From assembly GCF_003010495.1 (NCBI RefSeq), contig NZ_CP027570.1, positions 1,890,001 to 1,922,000 on the forward strand: 32,000 nucleotides of DNA, in the 5' to 3' direction. The notes under the pieces were generated by a model. The model made no database searches and was not told where the DNA came from. It worked only from the letters and a program-made list of their open reading frames with translations. Positions 16,412 through 24,407 of this stretch are shown in pieces. A program made the position numbers and the translations under genes. The stretch comes from Megasphaera elsdenii DSM 20460. GTDB taxonomy: Bacteria; Bacillota; Negativicutes; Veillonellales; Megasphaeraceae. Every line of letters starts with the position of its first letter. Position 1 is the stretch's first letter.

Positions 16412-16513
16412 ATGGATGAAGATTTTCTACCTCGGGGCTTCAATATGGATGTTAAAATGGGGAAATTCCAGGTTGGGGCTTTAAGATGGATGTGAAAAAA
16501 TTCAATATAAGAC
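16412..16513 (+). repeat. tandem direct repeat of about 40 bp, with three ATGGATG cores
   Basis: GGGGCTTCAATATGGATGTTAAAATGG (from 16434) matches GGGGCTTTAAGATGGATGTGAAAAAAT (from 16475). ATGGATG occurs at 16412, 16445 and 16486. Confidence 0.7.
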
Positions 16514-16515
16514 AG

Positions 16516-16561
16516 AATAAGAGCAGGCGCCCCATCACTTGGTGGAGCGCCTGCTCTTATT
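16516..16561. other. 15-bp perfect GC-rich inverted repeat in an AT-rich context
   Basis: aataagagcaggcgc (16516-16530) pairs with gcgcctgctcttatt (16547-16561) around a 16-nt loop. No adjacent T run is present on either strand, so it is not a canonical terminator. Confidence 0.6.
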
Positions 16562-16650
16562 CGTTTGCCAGAACGTAAAATCATTTCATGTCCTTCTTAT
16601 ATAGCAAATTATTATATATGACACTAAATTGTGATTAAAATTACTCTAAT

Positions 16651-16679
16651 TTGCAAATAAAAAACATAAATGATAAAAT
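16651..16679 (+). promoter_or_regulatory. promoter of the exported-protein operon
   Basis: TTGCAA (16651-16656), 17 nt, TAAAAT (16674-16679), with an extended-10 TG at 16671-16672. Confidence 0.6.
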
Positions 16680-16722
16680 TAAATAAATATTATCGTGATA
16701 TTTATTGTTGGGAGGGCAGTTT

Positions 16723-17313
16723 ATGAAAAGTATTAAAAAAATTCCATTAATTGTAGCAACGGCATGTATGATTTGCTTACCTTTTTGTACGAGTCATGCA
16801 ATTACTTACATTCCAAGTTCAGAATCAGATGGTTCCTATGAAGCGGGTCAAGCTGCCGGATCTCTTTTAGGAGCGTTGTTTAGTCGGAATCGTCGACCTC
16901 ATATTAATGTGCATAAGCAGTATGTATACGCAGGGAGCAACGGTTCCTCTGCTTTCTACATAGACTTATCATCTGCTAAATCTATAAAGAAGACAGATAC
17001 ATTCAAATTGGCATCGGCTGATTTTATTTATGTTGATTATACGAAAGAACAAATTTATAAGATAAAAAATCATATTTCATACGATGTAAGTAGCCAAGTT
17101 GCTAGAGTTTCTTTAGCCTCAATGAGCACATTCGATTATAAAGGAAAATTGTTACAGGGGCCTGCAGAGGGAAATGGTCAATTTTCAGATGTAAATCCGC
17201 AAGGTCCTACGGCTGCTGCTGTGAATACGGTTTATAACAAGCTGTATGGGATGGCTTTCTATTATGATTCTTCGATTCCCGTATTAACAAAAACAGGTGC
17301 CTTGGTTGATTAA
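16723..17313 (+). CDS. exported protein of unknown function (signal peptide)
   Basis: ATG 16723 lies behind GGGAGGG. The N-terminus is MKSIKKIPLIVATACMICLPFCTSHA-ITYIP. I recognise no family. Confidence 0.7.
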   Translation: MKSIKKIPLIVATACMICLPFCTSHAITYIPSSESDGSYEAGQAAGSLLGALFSRNRRPHINVHKQYVYAGSNGSSAFYIDLSSAKSIKKTDTFKLASADFIYVDYTKEQIYKIKNHISYDVSSQVARVSLASMSTFDYKGKLLQGPAEGNGQFSDVNPQGPTAAAVNTVYNKLYGMAFYYDSSIPVLTKTGALVD

Positions 17314-17327
17314 AGGATGTGATTTAT

Positions 17328-17840
17328 ATGTCAGTGCGACTAAATAAATTAAGTATTTTTTTTCTTGTGTGTGTAGTGTTTTTTTCTTTTACATTACAGG
17401 CATTTGCTGCTGAAAAACTAGATCAAAAATATATGGGCTTAGGAGATTTAACATGGGGGAGACCTCTTTATGATATTGAAGGCGAATATGATGTTAAATT
17501 CGTAAATAAAAGAACATCAAGTATAGCGTCGACTTCTGTAGAAACCTATTTAATTAGAATTCCAGAAGCCAATGGAAACATGTGTTTTTATGGGCCGCTT
17601 GTAGCTTCTGCTGAGTTTGCGAATGGAAAATTGTTTGCTATAATTATCCCTTTTAAGGGTTATGATGACGAACTCTACAAATTGACCGAAAAATTTGGTC
17701 ACCCACCATATGGAGATAGTTCTAATACAGTAGGCTGGCGTGGTGAACGTATATTGATTTTCTTAAAACGGGAACAAAGTGATTTTGATGGCACTTTAAT
17801 ATTAATAATGCCAGGAGCACAAGATTTTCTTTATAAATAA
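17328..17840 (+). CDS. exported protein of unknown function (signal peptide)
   Basis: ATG 17328 lies behind AAAGGA. The N-terminus is MSVRLNKLSIFFLVCVVFFSFTLQAFA-AEK. It starts 15 nt after the previous gene. Confidence 0.7.
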   Translation: MSVRLNKLSIFFLVCVVFFSFTLQAFAAEKLDQKYMGLGDLTWGRPLYDIEGEYDVKFVNKRTSSIASTSVETYLIRIPEANGNMCFYGPLVASAEFANGKLFAIIIPFKGYDDELYKLTEKFGHPPYGDSSNTVGWRGERILIFLKREQSDFDGTLILIMPGAQDFLYK

Positions 17841-17867
17841 ACTATTTGTAATAGGAGGATAATTAAT

Positions 17868-18371
17868 ATGAAGAAAATACTCGTTTTAATAAGTATGTTG
17901 TTCATTCTTGTAAGCGCGAATGCATACGCTTCTTGGGAATATATGGGCAATGACTCTTCTGGGAATCAAGAGTATATATTGCCAGAAAGTTCACAAGTTA
18001 TAAAATTTACACCTAAACAATTTGAATGGACAGTACAAGTAAAAGAAATATATAGTCGTGAAGGAAAAAGTGATCTTATTAGTAATTATGCGTTAAAAGG
18101 CGTTAAAATCAAAGGTATCGAATTAGCGGATTACGAAATTAAGACTTATCATTTTAAAGCCTGGAAAGATCAAGTAGGGTTTAGAGTGGATAATTCCTAT
18201 GGATACAACAATAATGGTTATCAAGTATGTACCTTTAAAGGGTGGTACAGTTTTGAGCCTTTTGAATCGAGATCTCTTGTTGGTTTATTTTCATACAGAG
18301 CATTAAATTATTTGGAAACTTTGAACAATATTGACTATTTTAAAATTTTAATAGAGAACAATAAAAAATAA
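17868..18371 (+). CDS. exported protein of unknown function (signal peptide)
   Basis: ATG lies behind AGGAGG. The N-terminus is MKKILVLISMLFILVSANAYA-SWEY. Confidence 0.7.
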   Translation: MKKILVLISMLFILVSANAYASWEYMGNDSSGNQEYILPESSQVIKFTPKQFEWTVQVKEIYSREGKSDLISNYALKGVKIKGIELADYEIKTYHFKAWKDQVGFRVDNSYGYNNNGYQVCTFKGWYSFEPFESRSLVGLFSYRALNYLETLNNIDYFKILIENNKK

Positions 18372-18410
18372 ATTGCGTAAAAAATTCATGAATTATAAAG
18401 GAGAAATTTT

Positions 18411-18740
18411 ATGAAAAGAATTGCATTAATTCTAGGATTGATTCTCGCCTTATTTACTTTTTCTGCTGGCGCTTCTGCATGTCCGTATTGTGGAGCTCCA
18501 GGTTATTTCACAGGGGAAAGAGGAAACAATTATAGTAATTCGTGGGATGTATATCAATGTTCGAATGGTCATCGATATGATGTCCCTAATACTCTTTCTG
18601 GCAGTACTTCTGGCCCAAGAAATAATTGTCCGTATTGTGGAGCTCCAGCTTATTTTACAGGGGAAAGAGGAAATAATTACGGCAATTGGTGGGATGTATA
18701 CCAATGTTCGAATGGGCATCGATATAATGTTCCTGACTAA
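18411..18740 (+). CDS. small exported protein with a duplicated CPYCG...CSNGH module
   Basis: ATG lies behind AAAGGAG. The N-terminus is MKRIALILGLILALFTFSAGASA-CPYCG. Two 36-aa repeats lie at 18480-18587 and 18627-18734. Confidence 0.7.
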   Translation: MKRIALILGLILALFTFSAGASACPYCGAPGYFTGERGNNYSNSWDVYQCSNGHRYDVPNTLSGSTSGPRNNCPYCGAPAYFTGERGNNYGNWWDVYQCSNGHRYNVPD

Positions 18741-18808
18741 AAATATTAACTAGGCGTGGGCGTACTAAGTTGGTTTGATGCAATAAAAAATTAGACGATT
18801 TATAGAAA

Positions 18809-18856
18809 AGCGATGAACCTATGAAAAGATTTGCTCATAAGTTCATCGCTCTTTTA
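18809..18856. terminator. hairpin between the convergent exported-protein operon and the recombinase genes
   Basis: agcgatgaac (18809-18818) pairs with gttcatcgct (18841-18850) and is followed by cttttac. Confidence 0.65.
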
Positions 18857-18872
18857 CATTATAAAAATACAC

Positions 18873-20435
18873 TTATACCGTAACTTCGATGCCGGATTTA
18901 AATTTGACTAGAAAATGGTCGGGAAATATGGTGATTTTCTCGATGATTTTCCGAATGGTAATTTCGTTAAATTCTGTGATCTGCGTAGGATGTTCTCTAA
19001 TGAATTTTTTCAAGTCTTCGAGGCGTTTGATATTTGCCTGCTGGCTCAGATTATTTTGTTCAGCTTCTTCCTGTTGTTCCCGAAGGCGAAAGATTTCATT
19101 GGCAATGGCATTATAGTTCTGGCGATTCGTAGCATGCTGAATGAGCTCTTGCTGTAATTCGTCCAGGCGTTTTTGGATACATTCTGGTGAAAGTGTATCG
19201 TTTTTTATAATGGTCTTGGTGATGTTTTTCTGCATCTGCAGCAAGAAGGTGTGGCTATCAGAAAGTATGTGGTTCATGGCCTTCATTGTGATTTCCTTCA
19301 GTAGATTTTCGTTCACTGTTCGATTGGTACAGTTTATCTCGGCGCCTCTTGGATCTAGGCGGCTGATGCAGCGCCAGACGATAGATTTGTGACCTCGATT
19401 GTTCCAATGGACGCGACGGTACAATTCGCCGCAAACGCCGCAGTAGGTAATTTGGGCAAAACAGTTATTACTGGAAAAACTATGCCTTTGGCCGGAAGGG
19501 CTGATATGGACAATGCGACGGCGAACTAACTCAGCTTGTACCTGGAGAAATATGTCTTTAGGAATAATGGCCTCATGATCATTTTCAACATAGTATTGCG
19601 GGACGAAACCGTTATTCTTGACACGTTTTTTGGTGAGAAAATCGACGGTATATGTTTTTTGCAAAAGCGCATCACCCATATACTTTTCGTTCCGCAAGAT
19701 TTTATTAATCGTACTGTCATGCCATTTTTTTCGTCCGGCGCCAGTGAGGATGCCATCTGCTTCTAAATGCTTTCCTATTTTTTTCATACTATAGCCTTCG
19801 AGGTATTCGCGATAAATGCGCTTGACGACTTCTGCTTGTTCCGGATCGATGATAAGATGGCCGTTTTCGTCTTTGGTATAACCGAGAAAATGTTTATGAT
19901 TGACCTGTACTTTACCTTGCTGGTAACGGTACTGGAGGCCTAGCTTTACATTTTGGGAAAGAGATTCTGATTCTTGCTGGGCTAAACTGGCCATGATGGT
20001 GATCAGCACTTCACCTTTGGCGTCCATCGTGTTGATGGATTCTTTTTCAAAAAGGACTGGAATATTTTTTTCTTTAAGCTGACGGATGTATTTCAGGCAA
20101 TCGAGGGTATTGCGGGCGAAGCGGCTGATGGACTTGGTGATGATCATGTCGATGTTGCCAGCCATACATTCCTGGATCATACGGTTGAATTCATTGCGCT
20201 TTTTCGTGTTTGTACCCGAAATGCCGTCATCAGCAAAGATGCCGGCGAGAACCCAATCCGGATGGCTGCTGATGAATTCTTTGTAATGCGAAACTTGCGT
20301 TTCATAACTTGTTTCTTGTTCATCCGAATCGGTACTGACCCGGCAGTAGGCAGCTACACGCAGCTTCTTTTGTTCCGGTTCTTTTTCGATATTTCCCATG
20401 CGTTTTCTGGCGGGGATGATCATAACTTTTTTCAT
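18873..20435 (-). CDS. large serine recombinase (third gene of the triplet)
   Basis: The resolvase catalytic N-terminus is [21 protein letters not shown], with DDGISGT and SRFARN. It has a recombinase domain, a zinc ribbon [25 protein letters not shown] and a coiled-coil tail. Its start overlaps the upstream stop (TAATG). Confidence 0.93.
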   Translation of the reverse strand: MKKVMIIPARKRMGNIEKEPEQKKLRVAAYCRVSTDSDEQETSYETQVSHYKEFISSHPDWVLAGIFADDGISGTNTKKRNEFNRMIQECMAGNIDMIITKSISRFARNTLDCLKYIRQLKEKNIPVLFEKESINTMDAKGEVLITIMASLAQQESESLSQNVKLGLQYRYQQGKVQVNHKHFLGYTKDENGHLIIDPEQAEVVKRIYREYLEGYSMKKIGKHLEADGILTGAGRKKWHDSTINKILRNEKYMGDALLQKTYTVDFLTKKRVKNNGFVPQYYVENDHEAIIPKDIFLQVQAELVRRRIVHISPSGQRHSFSSNNCFAQITYCGVCGELYRRVHWNNRGHKSIVWRCISRLDPRGAEINCTNRTVNENLLKEITMKAMNHILSDSHTFLLQMQKNITKTIIKNDTLSPECIQKRLDELQQELIQHATNRQNYNAIANEIFRLREQQEEAEQNNLSQQANIKRLEDLKKFIREHPTQITEFNEITIRKIIEKITIFPDHFLVKFKSGIEVTV

Positions 20436-20749
20436 TATATTGCCTCGCTTTCAATGAGACTATAGAGATATTCTGCCTGCAGCCTCGGATCGTCATAGTG
20501 TTCTTCTGCCTTATCGAAGGTCTCCTGATCGATGATGGCCGGGTAGAAATCGTCGCCGAGGTAATGCCTGTTTTGCATCAGGCGCTTTGCCGAGCTGTGG
20601 TAGGTCTCGATCCCTGCCTCGATGGCCGCTTTTGACTGTGCCATCCCAGCAAAGTAATTCTCATAAAGTTTCCTGATCTTAGCGGCTTCTTCTTCGTGAA
20701 TCACAGCGCAGCCGTTTTCGATTCTGTAGCCGTATGGTGTGTGCCCCAT
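20435..20749 (-). CDS. recombinase-domain-only protein lacking the catalytic serine domain
   Basis: 104 aa. [33 protein letters not shown] aligns with the post-catalytic segments PPYGYDWNGEQMVVNPEQAAVVKEIF and [26 protein letters not shown] of its two neighbours. It has no YxRVS motif. Confidence 0.7.
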   Translation of the reverse strand: MGHTPYGYRIENGCAVIHEEEAAKIRKLYENYFAGMAQSKAAIEAGIETYHSSAKRLMQNRHYLGDDFYPAIIDQETFDKAEEHYDDPRLQAEYLYSLIESEAI

Positions 20750-20753
20750 GTTC

Positions 20754-22313
20754 TCACTTCCTTTCCCTGAGCGTCAGACCGCATTTGAGCTCGAAGCGGA
20801 TGTCATTTCTGGAATGTACGATGATCCGCTTTACAAACCTTTCAAAAAGATCGACGTCGAACTCGTGCAGCATGGCACTCTTTTCCGCAAAGTGCATCAG
20901 CGCCGTGGCTTCGGTGACCTTTGTCACATCCCCGGAGACCGTATTCTTTAGTGCGTCGATCTCATCCCGGAAGGTGTCCGCCTGCGAGAGCAGCTCGTTC
21001 GTCTCCTGACTGTAGAGCACCGGGTCGATGATGCCTTGCGTCATGAGCTTGGTGAGCGTTTCTCTCTTCTCGGTGTTCTGCGTCAGCAGGGTCTGTATCT
21101 GTTGAATGCGCCGGAGAGAATCATCTGTCGACACATTCTTAATTGCTTCCAAGTAGGGCTTCAGGATCAGCCGATGTGAGAAGATCAGCTTGTTCATCAT
21201 TGTGATGAATGCCAGCTTCAGAGCCTCATCCTTCACAAAAAGCATGTGGCATCTGTTCTTATCCACGATGTGGGTGTTGCAGCACCATGCAGCGTATTTG
21301 TATCCGGTGCAGCTGTGAATCCGGCGCTTGAAGGTGTCGTCGCATTCTCCGCAGATGATTTTTCCGGAGAAAACGTAGCGGTTCTGGTATTTTTCGGTGC
21401 CTTTGACGACACCTTTCTCTGACGCCCGCTGTTTCACAAAAGCCTGTGCCGCTTCAAAATCCTCCCGACTGATGATCGGCTCGTGGTGATCCCTGACCAT
21501 GTACTGCGCCTGCTCACCGTGGTTGCTATGCCGGACAAATTGTGAATCCGAGTAGGTTTTCTGGAAAAGGCAGTCGCCGACGTACTTTTCGTTTGAAAGC
21601 ATCCCGCGAATGGTCGTGGCCGTCCATCGTCCGCCTCGCTTGGAAGGAACACCGCGCTGGTTCAGGTCATCCGCAATGGCGTGTGTGCCTTTGCCGGAGA
21701 GCAGGGCTGTGAAGATTTCCTTAACCACAGCCGCCTGTTCCGGATTGACGACCATCTGCTCACCATTCCAGTCGTAACCGTAGGGCGGGTAACTGCATTT
21801 GAAGGTTCCATTCTCGAAGCGCTTTTGGATTGACCATTTGCTGTTTTCCGAAATGGAAACTGACTCGCCTTCGGCCATGCTGGAGAGGATCGCCAGAAAA
21901 AGCTCGCTCTCCATCGAGCCGGTGTTGATGTTTTCTTTTTCAAAGAAAATGGGAATGCGCAGGGCGAGCAGCTTTCTAACCAGCTCTAAGCAGTCTGTTG
22001 TATTCCTACTGAAGCGGCTGATGGACTTTGTGATGATGAAATCCACCTTACCGGCCTTGCAGTCGTCGATGAGCCTCAAAAGCTCCGGACGCTTATCCTT
22101 CTTGGTGCCGGTGATGCCTTCGTCGTAGTAGAGGCCTGCAAACTCCCAGTCATCACGGGAAGTGATGTAATTTTCGTAGTGAGTTTTCTGAGCCTCAAGG
22201 CTTTCAAGCTGTGCATCGGAATCCGTAGAGACGCGGCAGTAAGCGGCTACCTTGATCTTCTTGAGCTTCACTTTTGCGCTCGTCGCTTGCTCTATTTTCG
22301 TTACTTTTCTCAA
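20754..22313 (-). CDS. large serine recombinase (first gene of the triplet)
   Basis: [28 protein letters not shown] and SRFSRN, plus a zinc ribbon CGECDDTFKRRIHSCTGYKYAAWCC. The next start lies 4 nt after its stop. Confidence 0.93.
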   Translation of the reverse strand: MRKVTKIEQATSAKVKLKKIKVAAYCRVSTDSDAQLESLEAQKTHYENYITSRDDWEFAGLYYDEGITGTKKDKRPELLRLIDDCKAGKVDFIITKSISRFSRNTTDCLELVRKLLALRIPIFFEKENINTGSMESELFLAILSSMAEGESVSISENSKWSIQKRFENGTFKCSYPPYGYDWNGEQMVVNPEQAAVVKEIFTALLSGKGTHAIADDLNQRGVPSKRGGRWTATTIRGMLSNEKYVGDCLFQKTYSDSQFVRHSNHGEQAQYMVRDHHEPIISREDFEAAQAFVKQRASEKGVVKGTEKYQNRYVFSGKIICGECDDTFKRRIHSCTGYKYAAWCCNTHIVDKNRCHMLFVKDEALKLAFITMMNKLIFSHRLILKPYLEAIKNVSTDDSLRRIQQIQTLLTQNTEKRETLTKLMTQGIIDPVLYSQETNELLSQADTFRDEIDALKNTVSGDVTKVTEATALMHFAEKSAMLHEFDVDLFERFVKRIIVHSRNDIRFELKCGLTLRERK

Positions 22314-22364
22314 GGGAACTCCTCCTTTCCGTACGTCTATACATCACTCTAAAACGGCTACATA

Positions 22365-22571
22365 TCAAGGTATTTTTGGCATTATTTCCGCGAACAGAGG
22401 GGAGAAAGTTTCCCGATTGATGGCGGTTAATTTGTTGAATTCAGCCACAGAAATCAGGCCGTCATCAAGCATGCCTTTTGCGATGTCCTGTGCCCGGCGA
22501 TAGTCCAGATCACCCTGAATCCGCTCTTGCGTGAAATATCCAGATTGAGCATTTGTGTTTTCGTTTGGCAT
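22365..22571 (-). CDS. small hypothetical protein upstream of, and co-oriented with, the recombinases
   Basis: I place the start at ATG 22571 (MPNENTNAQSGYFTQERIQ...) behind GGAGGTGG. The segment GLISVAEFNKL loosely resembles a SHOCT-type helix. The family is not recognised with confidence. Confidence 0.5.
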   Translation of the reverse strand: MPNENTNAQSGYFTQERIQGDLDYRRAQDIAKGMLDDGLISVAEFNKLTAINRETFSPLFAEIMPKIP

Positions 22572-22640
22572 AACATATCCACCTCCAGTTTCCACTGGAG
22601 ATTGGCGGGCGTTTTGAGCGGAGGATTTTTCACATAAACT

Positions 22641-22678
22641 AAAAAAGCCTGCGGGTATTCCGAAGAACACTCGCAGGC
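22641..22678 (-). terminator. minus-strand terminator upstream of the recombinase operon
   Basis: gcctgcg (22647-22653) pairs with cgcaggc (22672-22678). The A6 at 22641-22646 is a T run on the minus strand. Confidence 0.65.
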
Positions 22679-22698
22679 ATAGCAGATTGGATATTTAG

Positions 22699-22881
22699 TT
22701 ATTTCACTCTGATCTTCCAGCCGGTCAGGATGAGGTTGACGTTTTTTGATAAGTGTCGGGTTGAGCTTCTGGATTGCGAGGCCTGCGTGGATAGCGCGGT
22801 AGATTGTCGGAACGCTGACGAGATGGCAGTCATGCCCAGTGGCACATAGGCTCCCTTTTTGTTATAGGTAGTTCTCTTCAA
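22699..22881 (-). pseudogene. decayed HTH-type gene fragment (sigma-70 region-4-like or transposase HTH-like)
   Basis: The listed 60-aa ORF has a TTG start only 6 nt from a TGCTATAAT box and a low-complexity sequence. An alternative frame reads GHDCHLVSVPTIYRAIHAGLAIQKL, which is HTH-like. This suggests a frameshifted relic. Confidence 0.3.
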
Positions 22882-22930
22882 ACACCATTATAGCAAAGAA
22901 GTCTATGTGTCATTTTAATTTGGTTGTCTA

Positions 22931-23050
22931 GGAGCTGTTATCGATAGGTGTGCGGAGTTGATCGCCCAATTGGTCGCGGAGCCGGAAAATCTCATCAGCG
23001 ATGGCATTGTATGGCTCTGATGTGGCGGTTGATAGAGTAAATATATTTCT
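22931..23050 (-). pseudogene. fragment of a serine-recombinase C-terminal coiled coil
   Basis: The minus-strand translation ...TATSEPYNAIADEIFRLRDQLGDQ... matches [20 protein letters not shown] of the 520-aa recombinase. It is bounded by stops and has neither the N-terminal nor the C-terminal remainder. Confidence 0.6.
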
Positions 23051-23078
23051 CTATCAGCCGTTTTTTTGCTTATAAGTA

Positions 23079-23106
23079 TTGACATATCGTGAAATATGGA
23101 TATAAT
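23079..23106 (+). promoter_or_regulatory. consensus-like promoter placing the TSS at the ATG of the ArsR-like gene
   Basis: TTGACA (23079-23084), 16 nt, TATAAT (23101-23106). ATG 23113 is 7 nt after the -10 and has no SD. Confidence 0.65.
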
Positions 23107-23112
23107 AAATGT

Positions 23113-23427
23113 ATGGATAAGATTGAAATTTTTAAAGCACTATCAAATGAAACCCGGCTCAATATTATTGAGTGGTTGAAGGAACCGGAGAAAAACTTTC
23201 CGCCGCAGGGAGGTCATTTTGATGATATGGTGGATCTGAAAGGCGGTGTGTGTGTTGGAAGCATCCGCGACAAAGCCGGGATATCACAGTCAACCGTATC
23301 TCATTACCTAGATATGCTGCAAAAAGCAGGCTTGCTTCTTTCCGAAAGGCACGGAAAGTGGACATATTACAGACGGAATGAAGAGACTCTCGCTGCGCTG
23401 GCAGACTACTTCGGTCACGAAATTTAA
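23113..23427 (+). CDS. ArsR/SmtB-family winged-helix regulator (island copy, probably leaderless)
   Basis: MDKIEIFKALSNETRLNIIEWL..., with the HTH ISQSTVSHYLDMLQKAGLL and then HGKWTYY. The GTG 23089 start of the listed ORF lies inside the promoter, so ATG 23113 is preferred. Confidence 0.85.
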   Translation: MDKIEIFKALSNETRLNIIEWLKEPEKNFPPQGGHFDDMVDLKGGVCVGSIRDKAGISQSTVSHYLDMLQKAGLLLSERHGKWTYYRRNEETLAALADYFGHEI

Positions 23428-23528
23428 GTTGTGCATAGATTAGACGGGATGAAGATCCCGTTTAATTTAAACCATCACATATCGACAAAGCGAGACATAA
23501 AGATATATAGAAACGAGGAGGAATTCGT

Positions 23529-24407
23529 ATGCATTTTTCATGTGGAATCGTCAGACCGCCTTATGAGGCTGGTTCCTGTTTTTTACAAGTAACGTCGGGT
23601 TGTTCGCATAATAAGTGCCGCTTTTGCACCTTTTACAAGGAAGCACCTTTTTCCGTATCTCCGGAGAGTGAGATACGGGAAGATCTTCAGGAGATCCGGG
23701 ATTCCGGATGGGAGGTAAAGCGGATTTTTCTGCAGGGGGCAGATCCGTTCCTGCTGAGCTACGACAGGCTTAAAAGAATCATGGACCTGATAAAAGAATA
23801 CCTGCCCTGGGGTGTTTCCGTCGGCGGATATGGCAGGGTGGATAGTGTAAGGAACAAGTCTGTAGGTGAGCTGAAGTCGTTGAAAGAGATGGGATACGAC
23901 ATGATCGTATTCGGAATCGAGTCGGGCGATGATGCTGTCCTCGATAAGATGAACAAGGGCTATCATGCCAGTGATATAGTGGAACAGCTCTCCAAGCTGG
24001 ATGAAGCAGGAATGCATTATTCCGTCATCTTCTTATACGGACTGGGAGGCCATGATTATGGTATGGGGCATGCCATTAAAACGGCAGAAGTGTTGAACCA
24101 TCTGTCGCCCGTCAGGGTGCTGGCTTCCGGACTCTCCATCTTCCCTGATACGCCGCTTATGGAAGAAGTGAGAAGGGGTGAGTTCGTAGAGGCTACAGAG
24201 ACAGAAAAGATACAGGAACTGTATACCTTTGTGAAGACGCTTGATATCCACACGCTGCTGGATGCGACGAATGTCTCCAACATGATGCCGGTATATGGAC
24301 ATCTTCCAGAGGACAAAGAGAAGATACTGGCGATGCTCAAACAGGGTGCAGACGAACAGGGGGAAGAGCGATTGCGGATGCGAAGAGACAGCATGAGAAG
24401 CCTGTGA
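23529..24407 (+). CDS. radical SAM enzyme of unknown function
   Basis: The CxxxCxxC cluster is CSHNKCRFC at residues 25-33, and the remainder has the length of a TIM-barrel-type fold. The RBS is GAGGAGG. A hairpin lies at about 23445-23465 between the regulator and this gene. Confidence 0.88.
   Translation: MHFSCGIVRPPYEAGSCFLQVTSGCSHNKCRFCTFYKEAPFSVSPESEIREDLQEIRDSGWEVKRIFLQGADPFLLSYDRLKRIMDLIKEYLPWGVSVGGYGRVDSVRNKSVGELKSLKEMGYDMIVFGIESGDDAVLDKMNKGYHASDIVEQLSKLDEAGMHYSVIFLYGLGGHDYGMGHAIKTAEVLNHLSPVRVLASGLSIFPDTPLMEEVRRGEFVEATETEKIQELYTFVKTLDIHTLLDATNVSNMMPVYGHLPEDKEKILAMLKQGADEQGEERLRMRRDSMRSL

Noticed and set aside
16590-16630. The AT-rich palindromic stretch (ttatatagcaaattattatatatg) as a dif/XerCD site. 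I also looked for DnaA-box clusters across the window.
   Set aside because: It gives only a loose resemblance to the Firmicutes dif consensus I remember. No more than isolated 8/9 DnaA-box matches were seen (for example at 24913-24921).
18480-18734. The two near-identical 108-nt repeats as a template/variable-region pair of a diversity-generating retroelement.
   Set aside because: The differences are not restricted to adenine positions, both copies lie in one ORF, and no reverse transcriptase is present nearby.
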